DNA of 63,346 bases, filler included, from Octopus bimaculoides (lineage: Eukaryota): assembly GCF_001194135.2 (NCBI RefSeq). It is 4 parts of 4 records of this genome, joined end to end, with 100 filler letters (N's around TTAATTAATTAA, not from the genome) between each part and the next. Parts side by side here need not be neighbours in the genome. Positions count along the whole stretch, not along the records: positions 30,368 to 56,690 come from NC_068990.1; 3 more parts are not named here. One strand, written 5' to 3'. Below are positions 39,078 to 52,815 of the stretch, in pieces. The notes beneath the pieces were generated by a model that saw only the letters and a list, made by a program, of their open reading frames with translations, was not told the origin of the DNA and ran no database searches. Each line of letters starts with the position of its first letter. Position 1 is the stretch's first letter. The position numbers and the translations under genes are program-made.

Positions 39078-39295
39078 AAGGCAGCGAGCTGGCAGAAACA
39101 TTAGCACACCGGGTGAAATGCTTAACAGTATTTCATCTGTCTTTGTGTTCTGAGCTCAAATTCCACCGAGGTCGACTTTGCCTTTCATCCTTTAGGAGTT
39201 GATAAATTAAGTACCAGTTGCATACTAGGGTCAATCTAATCGACTGGCCCTCCTCCCCAAAAAATTTCAGGCCTTGTGCCTCGAGTAGAAAAGAG
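39078..39295 (+). mobile_element. Full-length SINE family 1 copy
   Basis: 14-bp TSD TGTTTTGGTGTTTG at 39064-39077 and 39296-39309. A box tggcagaaacattag, B box gagctcaaattcc. Confidence 0.93.
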
Positions 39296-41874
39296 TGTTT
39301 TGGTGTTTGCAGTTAGTTTCACATCTGACAGTGTTTTCAGGTTCAGGTCCTAGGCAGTGAGTTGATGTTTGAGTCTTTACCAATATTCTCGCTACACATC
39401 CAAACTAGGGAGTTGTCAATCTGAGATTGTTCTTTGTGAGACTATAAAAAGAAATCTAATTCATAATATCACAATTTGCAAAAAATTTCTGAGAAACATG
39501 ACTGAACAATGACTCTTCCAATTAATTTCAGATGAGTTTTTAGTTATTTATTTGCCCCTAATGTACAAATATATAATTGTTATTTTATATAGAACAGAGC
39601 TTTTCAAACTAGCAATAATGGTACACCCATCCCACATGAAAATGGAATAACCCAATCACTATAAATAAAGAGAAGTATGTGAAGTACAAGAGTACATAGT
39701 AGGGAGTCAGATATAGTCATGTCTTTACTAGTTTTACTAAGTATACTGTATACCGAAGTGGGTATTATAATAATCCAACATTAAAAGGATTATAACACCA
39801 CCAAAGTTAACTTTGCTGCTTATCCTTCCAATATTGATAAAATAAAGTACCAGTTAAGTGCTGAACCCATGGTAATGAGTAGCTCCCTTCTCTCAAAAGT
39901 ATTAACCTTATGCAAAATCAGAAACTATTTTTGCAGTCGTGAGGCTACCTAGACTACTTCCAGCTGTACCATTCAGTTCCGGTTGCAAGGGTGGAAGCCC
40001 ACACAGGTACACATTAAATAATAGTAATGTTAGATAGTAACAACTCTTAAAGGTTACTACGGCAAACACAAACATTAGAAATGTTGATTAAATCATGTAG
40101 GAAGGTATATCCATCTGTTTTATAAGTCAAAGCTGGTTAGAAAGTGAGGTAACACCTCGAGCAATTCAACCTTTAAACATTGGCATATTTTATTTTAGAT
40201 TGATATGTAATTGTGAATAATAGCATCATCAATTATAGGTTCTAATTAACTATTTACAGATTCACTATGAAAAATATTACTGCATCCACTGAAGAACTTG
40301 AGCTGCAGCCCTCACACAATACTCTGTAAAATTCTGATGCTCTACCAAATGAGCCATGAAGAATTACAACCAGAAGATGGCAGTAACTAGACAGACATGA
40401 TTTTGACTAAGTAGACACAATCATAAAATTTGGATCGAAATGGCTTTCTGATATTAATGACATAGACACAATTTATAGATCTGTTATCAAGATAGATGTA
40501 GTCTTAAATGTCAACTTAATAGAAATGTCAACTGACAACTTTTAAATAATAGTTAAATAGAAACTAAAGTGTTTGGATAAATTTAGTCAGTTTGACTGGT
40601 GCCAATATTTTCATGTTGGCTTTAAAATATGACACTTTGGCATGAACCACTGAAAGTTTTTACATGGCTGCTTGACCTGCAAGAAACAGCAGCCATATCC
40701 TCTCTTATATTACACCCTACATTTTTAAGAAAAGAGTAAAACATTGAATAATGGTACCCTAGATATACTCTATCTGGAAAAAACGTTTGGATGGCTACAA
40801 CTGGAATACCGTTAATCATAGATCTGCAAAATTAGGATTGCCTTGGAACTAAACAATAACAATAACCATTTAGACCACTTCCCTACTTGGTCACTTAGCT
40901 AATCTCATTTGACTGTTGTTGAATATCTGTCTATAACAAATGTTTGATTACTTACATATCGCTGTCAACTTATCAAAAAAAGGAAACTGGGATTAATAGC
41001 AATGTGATATGTTGTACCAATTATAGTTTGATTTAGCAGATTATAGTTGTTGGGGGAAAACTACAAAGGACAAACCCTCTATCATTGAAACAATTCAGAG
41101 ACCCCTTAGTTAAAGCTTTTCAGTAGAATATATTCTATGTAAAATAATGGAAGTTATATATGGTGGAATTACAGAGAATTGATACTTAAGGAGAGAGAAG
41201 TTTATTTTTCTTATGTTAAGAAATCATAGTCAAAAAATGAAAAAAGCATACATATATTTCCATATAATTCTTTTATTTATTCGTGAAATAAAGTCTTTGA
41301 TAGTCATGGATAGCACTATTTCATCCTCTTTCTAGACTCTTCAGTATAACATAACTCAAGATTTTTAAATTAGCTAATCTAAATTCATTTAAAAATTAAA
41401 AATGATCCATTTCATTTTACTTCTTCTTCTAACAGAGGAGAAAAGAAGGGAAGAGAGATAGAGACAGAGGGAAAAAAACATTTTGCATGTTTTAGAAATA
41501 TCTTGTTTCATTTTTTGTTTGTTTGTTTTTAAATAGCCCCAGTGTAGATTTGCCTTGTGTAATAGTTCTTTGTATAGTTACATTTAATTTTGTCACTATG
41601 GACACTTGCACAAGCCCTTGTATGTTCTTCTTGAGTGCAAATAAAAAATTTCAGACTGTATTTTCTTGTTGTGTTATCCGTTGGGATGATTTAGAATGAG
41701 TGTCATATTATCTCATCTTGCAATCACACTCTGCCATCAGTTTCTGTTTTGTAGCATTTGAAATCCATCCAGCGTTTTATAAACATGTGGTGGGATTACT
41801 GGGAATTGTTTCTTCAGGGGAGAGAATGGAAGTAATATTTATTCATTAGTGGAAATATCTTCTTTTATCTTTTA

Positions 41875-42262
41875 TCTTTTACTTGCTCCAGTCATTAGAC
41901 TGCAGCCATGCAGGAGAACTACCTTGAAGAATTTATTTTAATCGAATGAATTGACCCCAGTACTTATTTTTGTTAAGCCTGGTTCTTATCCTATCGGTCT
42001 CTCTTGCTGAACTGCTAAGTTACAGGGATGTAAACACACCAACACAAGCTGTCAAGTGATAGTGGGGGACAAACACAAACACAAACATACACACACAGCA
42101 AGCACATATATACAATGGGTTAGGGTTAGGGGTGGGCTTCTTTCAGTTTCTGTCTACCAAATCCACTTACAAAGCTTTGGTCAGCCTGAGGCTATAGGAG
42201 AAGACACTTGCCCTGGGTGCCATGCAGACTGAACCTGAAACCATGTAATTGAGGAGCAACTG
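41875..42262 (-). mobile_element. Long SINE family 2: tRNA head, internal (TG)n, CR1-like 3' tail
   Basis: Head at right. The tail (minus strand) gcatggctgcagtctaatgactggagcaagtaaaagataaa resembles the LINE 3' end at 62940-62990. Confidence 0.75.
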
Positions 42263-42263
42263 A

Positions 42264-42530
42264 CTACCACTTCTTCCAGAATTTGGATAACTTTTTTGAT
42301 AGGAAAAACAATTTAATTCCAACAATGCTGTAAAATAGGCCTTCCAAGATTTTGACTCTAGATTGCCAGGCTTTTACAGTTCTGGGCTGGACAAGCTACT
42401 GCTGAAATGGCAAAAGTGTATTGAGATTATGGGTGCATAATTTGATGAATAAAACTATTCCTTGTATTTATAAAACATAAGCAAACTTTTTTCTTTTCTA
42501 CAAATTTCATACTTGACGAGCTATTACTAA
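42264..42530 (+). mobile_element. Mariner transposase C-terminus and right end
   Basis: HFFQNLDNFL...GFYSSGLDKLLLKWQKCIEIMGA*FDE*, matching the mariner end (xxWQKCxxxxGxYF). Confidence 0.8.
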
Positions 42531-43794
42531 GAAGAGGTTTTAACTATTTTTTTGTTTTTTATGTATGCATGGTACACTCATTTTCATAAAATATGCTCAG
42601 CAGTCCATGCTATGTAAGTGCAAATCCCAGCACTTTATAGGTTAATAATAAAATATTGAAAATAAATCAAATTCCACAGTCTATTGGCATAAACTTGGGA
42701 AAAATTGCTTACAAGTATGTCAACAGTTGTACACGGAGGTTACATCATCTCATTATATCTCCTGCAGCAGAAATAACCAATACTTAATATGTCTCTTACA
42801 TCATTTAATGACTTCATTACCATTAAGAAATAGTTTTTAATTATCTAAATGAAAAGTTTTCCGAGGAAGATGAAAAGAATGTTCAACTTTCACCTGCCTA
42901 TTAATTACCTAAGATGTGTGAATGTTGACAACAATGTGCACCACCCTGATGACTTGTGATTGCATAAAATATCACAACCAGAAATACGAGTTTTACATCT
43001 TGTATGGCAATTCTCTTACCTAAAATATAAACAACTGGACAGTAGATCTGAAAGAAGATAAAGATAAAATACAGGACTTCCATAACATAGTCTATTTATA
43101 AATTTATAGCCTCATACATTATTCCAGTATACTGCCACAGTAGTTGCATGCATATATTCATACATATTTTTCCCTACAAAACCTCATAAAGTTTATCTTT
43201 CTATAAGTGCATGATGAAAAATACTAAATGTGTTTTTTTCAACAAAATGTATTTGTAAAATAGTAGTGCATCTTAAACACTAACAAATACAGTAATTGAT
43301 AACAAGAAATGAGCATTGTGGCATTTTAATGTCTGTTTTTCCATGCTCCCATGGACTTGACAGAAACTTATATGAAACAGGATTTTACAGCAAGAAGCTC
43401 TTCCTGTCACAAACCCTCACCTGTTTTTCAAGAAAGAAATTTTATATTCCACAGGTCTTCAAAAGCATAGAGCTACCAATCATGTCGACATAAGCTCTAT
43501 TTTGCTTTCATGGTGACAAGAAAAATCATTATACAATGGACTTTTTTCATTCTCCATCTACCAAATCCATTCACAAGGCTTTTGTCTGTCCAGAATTACA
43601 GTAGAAGACATTTGCCCAGTGCCATGCTGTTGGGCTAAATCCAAAACCACCTGGCCGGGAAGCAAACTTCTTAACCACTCAATTGTGTGTGTGTCTGTAT
43701 GCCTGTGTCTGTGTCTGTGTGTCAGTGTCTATGTCTGTGTGCATGCCTTAAAATTTTTTATACTCTCTGAGCAACTCATAAATTCTTCAACTGT

Positions 43795-44545
43795 CATGGA
43801 GATCATTAAGACCAGTAAAGGAGGACATAAGCCATACAAAAAGAAACATACTAAGAAGAGTTCAAGCAATCTATCAATACTCAAAGGAATGTAATTTCTT
43901 GTAAAGGTTGAGTTCCTATAGATTTGGATGTAAAACACCAACCTTCTATGACTGAAGATAATCTTAGTTCAGATCTTAACAGGCAATGTAAGAAATATCA
44001 TAAAGATTGCAGTTTTGACTAACAGTCACATCTGTACATATTGTTATCATATGCTAACAAACGCTTGAAGTTTGCTATGCCCTTGGTTCAATTGGCTCTT
44101 TGAAAAATAATGTTTGAAATCTACAGAAAGGATCATTGCCGAAAGATCCAACTCCCTGATTAGAATTACAGTATATTAGTGATGGATGGAAAACTATGTG
44201 AATTCCAGAATACCAGGATTTCCTTATTTATAACTATAGACTTGAGGTATCAGAGAGAATTAGAATATTTACAACTAACCAGGTACATGAATAATTATCT
44301 CACAGTATCATCTGGTTTAGGAATGGCCCTTTTGCAACATCTATGAGAATGTTCCAGCAATTACACATCATCCAAGTTTTCTTTGTGTTATCTTTAGCAA
44401 CATGTGTATCTGCTATTCTCTCTCTGCAAAATTAGAGGGAAGGATTCTTCAAGAAAATATTGAATTACTATGATTATCTGGGATTCAGTCCAGATTCCAT
44501 CATTGTGATGACCAATTTTAAAGGTGCAATGATCAAGCCTGAAGA
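43795..44545 (+). mobile_element. Degenerate FLYWCH-type MULE (Mutator) transposase
   Basis: MEIIKTSKGGHK..., CKG...D..TEDN (FLYWCH-like), SLKNNV*NLQKGSLPKDP, RIRIFTTNQ...LSHSIIWFRNGPFATSMRMFQQLHII (WFMDGTF...FQQLYVI-like), FSPDSIIVMTNFKGAMIK (TDFE..A-like). Read across frameshifts. Confidence 0.68.
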
Positions 44546-44629
44546 ATCTGTCTGAACAATGTGAATGAGAAGAATTTCTGACTGTCATGACACAATGAAT
44601 TTTATACAAATCCTCACGGTTAATGATGA

Positions 44630-44965
44630 TCATCATCATCATTGTCGTTTAACGTCCGCTTTCCATGTTAGCATGGGTTGGACGATTTGACTGAGGACTA
44701 CACCAGGCTCCAATCTGATTTGGCAGAGTTTCTACGGCTGGATGCCCTTCCTAACGCCAACCACTCAGAGAGTGTAGTGGGTGCTTTTACGTGTCACCCG
44801 CACGAAGGCCAGTCAGGCGGTACTGGCAACGGCCACGCTCAAGATGGTGTATTTTATGTGCCACCTGCACAAGAGCCAGTCTAGAGGCACTGGCAACGAT
44901 CTTGCTCAAAAATCCTACGAAGGCCAGTCAGGCAGAACTGGCAACGGCCACGCTCAAAATGATGC
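44630..44965 (-). mobile_element. RTE LINE 3' UTR with three hairpin modules
   Basis: Reverse complement of the 6793-7235 type; hairpins at 44808, 44875 and 44923. Confidence 0.9.
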
Positions 44966-47319
44966 CTATAATATTGGCTTTCTTATATATTTTTTTTAAG
45001 ATGTGGTATGATATTTTTCTGAGTGTCAGATGAAATGTCTAGTGGTATTTTTTTCCAGCTCTTTACATTGTGTTCAAATCTCACCAAGGTCAATTTTGTC
45101 TTTCATCCTTTTAGGATTAATAAAATAAAGTACCAGTCAAGTACTGGGGTCAATGGTATCAACTGACTGACTCCCTTCAAAGCTGTTGGCTTTGTACCTA
45201 ATTCAAAAGTCATTTATAATTGTGTAAATAACTTTGTTCTCTTATAAAATAGTGACTTATAAATTGATAATGCCAATATTAATGTCTGCTACAATACAGC
45301 AACGCTTAGAAATGTCTTCCATATTGTAATGTCATTCTTATACTCACCTTCACTGCTGATTATGTTACCTAGGTAATGTAATTACCTTACATTACCTAGG
45401 TTCTTATAGCAACTATTCTCAGTAGTTGAAAGACTTCATTTCATAAAGTGCTCTCACTGCTAACTACAAAAATTTAATAATTTATAAATTAACTATTTCT
45501 TTTCTTTTCTTTTTTTTTTTTTTTGAAAATGTCAATTATTATTTTTTCAAGGAATTTTTTTTTTTTTTAATTGCCAACACATTTTGTCCCACTTCACATT
45601 TCAATCACAGGGTTTTGTGCTTATTTCCTTGGTGCGCTTTCTACATATGATCTCTACCAGGGTGACAGCACTAATTGGTAATGTGCATAAATCTGTAAGA
45701 AAGCCGTTCACTGTGTTTTGAGAAAATTTCATGCTGTAGCTGTATGTCACTACACCATTTGTTTACGGTGAGAAATTTTATCCATGGCAAAACACAGTGA
45801 ATGACTTTCTTACCAATTCAAATATGCCCCAAACATATTTGAACTTTCCAGTTAGTTTGCTTGTGATCACACAACATTCCTTTGTGTGTCCATTGTCACC
45901 AAAGTAACAAAAGCTATTGACTACTTCTAGGGAACCAGTGGAAATATCAGCAGAAAAGGAGAGTTATTTGAAGAAAGACCAGCACACCAAGTTAGAAACA
46001 TTACTTTGTCACTCTCACCATCAGAAATACTGTGCCTCCATGATTGGACTCAATGACAATATTGTTCACAAATAAAGAAACACATAAGTCTGCACATAAC
46101 AGAGCGGACCAAAAGTCACGCACCAATACATTTGCCATTTTATTTATATTATACTAGCTGGCCTCATGCTGTCAAAAACGATGGCTAATTGTAGTTTTTA
46201 TATATATATAAATAAGGTACAAAACCAAGTTTTTAGTTTAATAATTCTTTTATTACCAAATTTTTTGTGAAAAATGTATCCACTGCTAACATCCCTCAAC
46301 TGCTGGTTTCCTTCAAGAGAATTTTTAAGTTTTCTTTCCTTCTTGGCCATGACTAAATACAGGAGCTGGCAAGTAAATACCAAATACACAGAGTTGAAAT
46401 GCTGTTTGATTTTTCTTTTCAGCGTTGAATGTTCACCATCCCACTTCCAACGCTGTTTGATTTTTTTTCACTGTAGAATTTCCATCATCCCACTACCAGT
46501 TTGTCATCAATCTTTCCTTCCTTATTCATCTATCACCCTTTCTCATTCATATGTTCTGACAGTGAAAAATACAAGTGTATTATTCTAGTAGATTATTATA
46601 ATTATTATTCATTTTGTCCATCATGGAGATGTATGTGTGTATTCATCATTATTCAATTTAGTTTTATAAAAATTGAAGCATGTCTTTAACAATTCTAGAA
46701 TGTATTGGACTTATTATTTTGTGTGTGACTTTTTGATCCACTTCATATATGCAAATACATGGACAAAATTTTTTTGTGGAGGACAAACACTCACTCACAA
46801 TTAAAAAAATCCTCTCCACAAGTGAAAGGCTGCTGACTTGGGCTGATGCAGTGCTTGGCACCAGACTACAACAAGTGTTGCTGTCAGAACACAAGGAACC
46901 AGAACATATAAGATCAAATATTATGGTTGACTCTTTAACAATTCTGCTATGGCCCTGGGTTGGAATATTTACATTCACTTTGAAAGTAGACCTCAGCAGG
47001 ATTTGATCTCAGAGCACAGAGGTTCAGAACAAATAATACAAGGCATTCTTTCTAACTCTACCACTTTACCACCTCATGAAGAAATAAATGAATGAATGAA
47101 TTAATTTATCTTATTAATTAATTATTAGAAACCATTATTTAGTGACAGAATTAGAAACCATTATTTATTAGAAATCATTATTTATTGAAAACCATTATTT
47201 AGTGACAGAATTAATATCATAAATTGGTTATAGTTACTGTACTTACCCTCAGTAAAATCCAATATCAAGTTGAGTAAATAGAACCCTGCAATAAGATTAT
47301 CTACACTAATTAGATATTA

Positions 47320-47645
47320 CAGAGTGTTTGAGCTAAATTTGATAGTTTATATAAAAGGAAAACAAAACACAATATCACACTCAAAAATGATATTTAAAAA
47401 AGAATTTTAAGTATCAACTAGATAATGGCTGAAGATAACATTTTACTTACTTAAATTAGATGCCTTCAGCTTCCACTACAGCCTTAAAATGGCTCTGGAA
47501 CCTGACGCATGCATTCTCATTGCATCCCTGGAAAGATCTTTGAACAGTCCCTTGATCTTGGCCACCAGCTTAGCCTTGGTGTAGCAGGCAGAGTGGCTGG
47601 TATCTTTCTCAACCATGCAACACACATAGTAATCCAAACAGGTTT
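47320..47645 (-). mobile_element. DD37D (maT)-like transposase C-terminus with terminal TIR
   Basis: TA-CAGAGTGTTTGAGCTAAATTTG terminus at 47318-47341. Minus strand reads LDYYVCCMVEKDTSHSACYTKAKLVAKIKGLFKDLSRDAMR..C.RFQSHFKAVVEAEG. Confidence 0.72.
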
Positions 47646-47889
47646 GTGATAAATGGCACTATAATCACGACCATCTGTCTTTTTATCTTTTCTAGGACTA
47701 GTTTAAACAATGTGTCCTTTTATGTTGTTAAGATGTAATTTGAGGGAGATATGTTTACTTATTCTAGGAAAGTGAGTAACTACATAGAGGCTCCCTCATT
47801 GGTTTGACATAGACAAAATATTTTTTAGAGCATCTAGAAACTATCAGAAACAAATAAATACCATTATTAAAAACTTTCCAGTGATAAAG

Positions 47890-49570
47890 CTCTTAGACAA
47901 GACAGTATTCACATAGAAGTATACAAGCATGGTGTAAACAGCTTGTAAGAAAGCTGCACAAATTGATCTGTTTGATCCAGGAAAATGAATGCGTTGTCCA
48001 ACAGTTCAAAGATGCATCTATAATGCACTTGCACAAAAACAAAGGAAAAATAATGTATGTGATAATTACAAGGGAATAAATTAGTTGTGCATAACTGAAA
48101 AAATTCTTGTGAGGGTGATTCTTAACTACATCAATAAGCAGGTAGTAAACATCATATATTCTGAAATTCATTGTGGCTTTCTGGCTGGGAGAGGCACAAT
48201 TGACATAATTTTTGCCCTTAGGCAAGTTTTAAAAAATACATATAAACAAAATACTGACTTGTAAATAGTCTTTGTTGACTAGACCAAGGCTTTAGATATA
48301 GTGAATCATGAGGCATTTGGGAAAATTTTGCCAAAAGTTGATCTTCCCAGTAAAATGGCAAGAGTAATACTATCTTTGCATGAAGAAATGATGGTATCAG
48401 TGATATTTAATGGTCAATGTTTAGAGGCATTGTCTGTTTCCACAGGAACTAAGACAAAGCTGTGTTCTACTCCTGTACTTTTTGTCATATTCTTTTCAAA
48501 AATCCTCCAACATGCTTTTAAAGATTACCATGAAGGTGTAAAATTTCAGTTTTGCACAGAAAGAAGTTTACTAAAACTAAATGGACAACACTTCAGATCG
48601 AAGAAAAAGACCAAAGAAGAGATTGTACATGATTTTCTGTTTGTTGCTGATTGTGCTTTGATTTCTCATATATTTGAAGGAATTCAAGAAATAGTTGACA
48701 GGTTTGCTGTAGCAGCTCGTGTATTTAGGTTGATTATTAGCATTAAGAAGACTGAAGTTTTACTCCAACCAAAGCCTGGGACAGAACATACTCAAGATTC
48801 AAATGCAATGATTGACAATAAGCCAGTCAAATAGATCAGGGCATTTAAATATATCTTGGCAGTACAGTAAACTTCAAGAATACTCTTGATGGTGAAATCA
48901 ATGTTAGAATATCTAAGGCTACAAGTGCTTTTGGAAAACTGTCCCATCATTTAAGGGATGAACATGCTGTCAGTCTGAAAACTAAAATAAATGCATATAA
49001 ATCTTGAGCACACTTTTGTACTGGGCAGAAGCATGGACTCCCAACTACAGACATATAAAGAAACTCAAAACCTTTCACATATACTGTCTGCACAATATCT
49101 GAAACGTAAAATGGCAAGATAAGATATCAAATGTCAAAATTTAAGAAAAATGTGATATCTCCAGTATCAAAAGCATAGTGTTGAGAATTCAGTACAGAAG
49201 GGCAGGACATGTTTGAATGCAAGTGGTCACATTCTAAAAATTATTTTGTATGGTCAACAAGTAGAGGGGTTCCATGGTAAAGGAAGAACCATTCTTAGGT
49301 ATAAAGATCAGTTGAAACAATCACTAAAATCCCTACAGCTTAATTTAACATGTTGGGAAAGTTATGACCCAAATCGATCTGCATGGTGTAAAGTGTGGCA
49401 TGATACATATAAACGATCTGAGTTGAAGAAATAGAACAATAAAATTATCATATCCTGCAATCAACAGATACATTTGTCCAGTCTCAAGCAAAATCAAATT
49501 CATCATTGTTCCCATTGTGACTTCATAGCAAAATTCATACCAAGATTCATATTACATTTATGCATCCATC
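47890..49570 (+). mobile_element. RTE-BovB-like LINE, degenerate RT and C-terminal region
   Basis: FKDASIMHLHKNKG; CGFLAGRGTIDIIFALRQ; NHEAFGKILPKVDLPSKMARVILSLHE; DFLFVADCAL; ISIKKTEVLLQPKPG; ILYGQQVEG.HGKGRTILRYKDQLKQSLK; decayed terminal CSHC...H..IH finger at about 49505-49570. Confidence 0.9.
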
Positions 49571-49689
49571 ACAAATAAACGCAGCTTCTTTTATTTTTAA
49601 TGCTTTCTTTTTTGTTTTTTAATCCTTTCCTTCAAACTCTCATATGTTTAAATTGAAGGTTGTGACCATTATTATTTTCAGGCTAGCAG

Positions 49690-50095
49690 AATCATTAGTA
49701 TGCCAGACAAAATGCTCAACAGCATTTTTTCTGGCTTTACATTCTGAGTTCAAATGCTGCAGAGATCAATTTTGCCTTTCATTCATTCAATATTGATAAA
49801 ACAAAGCACCAGTTGAGTCCAGCACATCAGACAAAAATGTTTACTGGTATTTCTTCCAGCTCTTTTACATTCTGAGTTTAAATTCCACTAAGGTTAACTT
49901 TACTTTTCATCCTTTCAGTATAGATAAAGTAACTACCAGTTGAGCAGCAGAGCTGATGTAATCAACTAACCCACCACCACCACCACCACTACCAATTTCT
50001 GGCCTTGTGGCAAAGCTTGAAGTCATCTTTACCTTTCATCTTTGGGGTAGGGGATCAATAAAATAAAGTACCAGTCAGATCCTGAGGATGATATA
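49690..50095 (+). mobile_element. Three stacked CpG-decayed SINE family 1 copies
   Basis: Repeated ttacattctgagtt(c/t)aaat...tttgcctttcat...gataaa.taagtaccagt blocks. Confidence 0.75.
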
Positions 50096-50309
50096 ATTAT
50101 TTCATTCCATCAATTTCAGGCTTTGTACTTTTGCTAGAAACGGTTATTATTTCCTTGTGAGGAATTGTTTACATATGTTAGGTATTACCTTAGGTTTCTT
50201 AATAAAACATGTAATACATTTGTATTCATCCATCATCATCATGTTGCACACACTTACCAGAGCTTTGGTGAATATAGAATTCCATGATGATAAATTGAAT
50301 GAAATTGAA

Positions 50310-50712
50310 ATCAAATCAAGATTGAAATCAAAATGGAAATTGTAGTTGTGGCCGACGCCAGTGCTGCCTGACTGGCACCTGCGCTGGTGGCACATAATGA
50401 GCACCATTCAAGTGTGGGTCGATGCCAGTGCTGCTTGACTGGCTCCCTGTGCCAGTGGCACATAAAAAGCACCATCCGAACCTGGTTGATGCCAGTGCCA
50501 CCTGACTGGCTCCTGTACTGGTGGCAAGTAAAAAACACCCACTACACTCTCGGAGTGTTTGGCATTAGGAAGGGCATCCAGCTATAGAAACCTTGCCAGA
50601 TCAGATTGAAGTCTGGTGCAGCCTACTGGCTTGCCAGTCCCCAGTCAAACCGTCCAACCCATGCCAGCATGGAAAACGGACGTTAAAAGATTATGATGAT
50701 GATGATGATGAT
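50310..50712 (+). mobile_element. RTE LINE 3' UTR (second subfamily) with three 67-bp hairpin modules
   Basis: GCCAGTGCYRCYTGACTGGC at 50357, 50424 and 50491; (GAT)n tail. Confidence 0.88.
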
Positions 50713-50790
50713 GTTCCCATACCCTCAAAGAATGACATACCTAATTCTGAGGGAGAGAGAGAGAAATCATCAACACCATCATTGTTTTAA

Positions 50791-51010
50791 CCCTTTAGCA
50801 TTTAAATCAGCCATATCCAGCCCAAATATTCTACCTGTTTTATGTCCAAACTGACCAGATCCAGCTTTTTACACCTACCCTTCAATGTTATTGTAAAAAT
50901 AAGCAATTGCATTAACAAAATCTCAAAATTATGAGATAATACATGATTAATTCAAAGCAATATCAATAAATAAGCATTATATTTGACAGAGTAACCAGAA
51001 TACTAAAGGG
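50791..51010. mobile_element. 220-bp piggyBac-like MITE
   Basis: TTAA-CCCTTTAG ... CTAAAGGG-TTAA. A degenerate partial copy lies at about 9370-9490. Confidence 0.88.
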
Positions 51011-51673
51011 TTAACAGCCACTTTTCCATGCTTACATGGATCAGACAAAATTTGTGGAGGTAGATTTTCTATAGCCAGATGCCCTTCCTGTCATCAACCT
51101 TCCCCTGTTTCCAAGTAAAGTAATATTTTCCCTTGGCCAAAACAAGGTTGGTTGACCTTAGTAGAATTTGAACTCAGAACATAGAGTTGGAAGAAATGCC
51201 ACTAAGCATTTTCGTCTGATGCACTGTACTCAACTGGTACTTTGTCTTATCAACATCAAAAGAATGAAAGGCAGAATCAACCTCTGCAGAATTTGAATTC
51301 AGAATTAAAGCCAGAAAAAATGGCACCAAACATTTTGTTCAGCATGCAGATGATTCTGCTAACATAAAAATAATAATGATGATAAAGACTGGGCATGAGT
51401 GGCTGTTTGTATGATGGTAACACTTGCTTACAACTACCATGCAATGTCAAAATAAAGACATAAACACTTATATACATACATATATTTTTCATCAATTGCT
51501 TGTTTCAGTCATTAGACTGTGGGCAAACTGTGGGCAAGTTTTAGTCAAATGAATTCACCTCAATACTTATTTTTTTAAAGCCTGATACTTATTCTGTCAG
51601 TCATTTTGCCAAACTGCTAATTTACAGAAATGTAAATACACAACACCAGTTGTCAGGTAGTGTTGGAGGGGAT

Positions 51674-51718
<45 letters not shown>

Positions 51719-52815
51719 AATATGTGGTGCATCAGCATGGCCGCAGCTCTGAGCTGAAACTTTGAAATGAAAAAATGAAATAAATATATATATATATATA
51801 TATATACGATGGGCTTCTTTCAGTTTACATCTACCAAATCCACTCACAAGAGTTTGGTCAGCCCAAGGCTATAGTAGAAGACTCTTGCCCATGCAGTGAG
51901 ACTGAACTCAGAACCATGAGGTTGGGAAGCAAACTTCTTAACCACATAGTCATGTCTTTTCTTATATACAACTACACCTTCTCCTACACTATTTGACTGA
52001 TACTTTATTTCATTGACTTACTAAAGATAATGAAAGACAAAGGTGACTTTGGCAAGATTTGAACTCAGAATGCAAAAACCACAAGACATATTTATCCAAT
52101 CCTCTAATGATTCCACCAACTGACTAGCCTTTTTCATTCAGTACTGAACCAAAAACCACATGTATGAAAATTGAAGAATGTATTTTGAGATGCTTGTCTT
52201 AAAAATACAAACACCAACACAAAATAACATGCTTTATTTTTTTTAAGACAATAAATCAACTAATTGTGGAGAATTGCTATTGTGATTTACAAAATTTTTT
52301 ATATGTCAATTTTTTGTTTTTTATTTTAATTAACTGTCCTGATTTTATTTCATATTAACTCCTTAGGGGATTGGCATCTAAATTCTTAAAAAATTTGATT
52401 GCTTTTGTCCCCTTCCCCATACAGCTCACATTGCTCTTGAAATAAACAAACACATGATTCTCCTTTTAAAGAACTGTGCAAACACACACAGATACACATG
52501 ATTCTTCTTTGAAAGAGATGAGCAAATAATGAATATCTTTATAATCACTGCTAATTTAGAAACATTTTTACACAACAACAATTTTCAATGCTTTGCTCAT
52601 TTGCCTTATTCACATTGGAATTCAACAAACTTGCGATAAAATTTTAGGTTTTAATTCTGATTCTTAAAATAATCATTTTGCATCATTTGGTCCTGAATCT
52701 CCTTTCTTTATCTTTTCGTATTTTTAACATTTTTATTTCATTTGAAAAACTTTTTTTTAAATTGCTTGCTTTGTTCTGGTTTAAACAAAATTACAAGCTT
52801 CTGACTGACAGATTA

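Noticed and set aside
42116-42132. TTAGGG telomere-like repeats
   Set aside because: Only about two units, inside a SINE; not an interstitial telomere.
42946-42990. CTGATGA followed by a TTGTGAT/ATCACAA stem and GAAA
   Set aside because: The stem does not abut the GAAA, and there is no helix I/III or cleavage triplet, so it is not a hammerhead. Other CTGATGA hits (5454, 22355, 24416, 36527) also fail.
47140-47215. Tandem TAGAAACCATTATTT repeats
   Set aside because: Local slippage of a SINE tail-like sequence; an ordinary minisatellite. The same holds for the 60-bp duplication at 16541-16650 and the 16-bp repeats at about 63215-63275.
50357-50510. Regularly spaced palindromic 20-mers resembling a CRISPR array
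   Set aside because: The spacers are homologous to each other, the array lies in an RTE 3' UTR, the context is eukaryotic and there are no cas genes.
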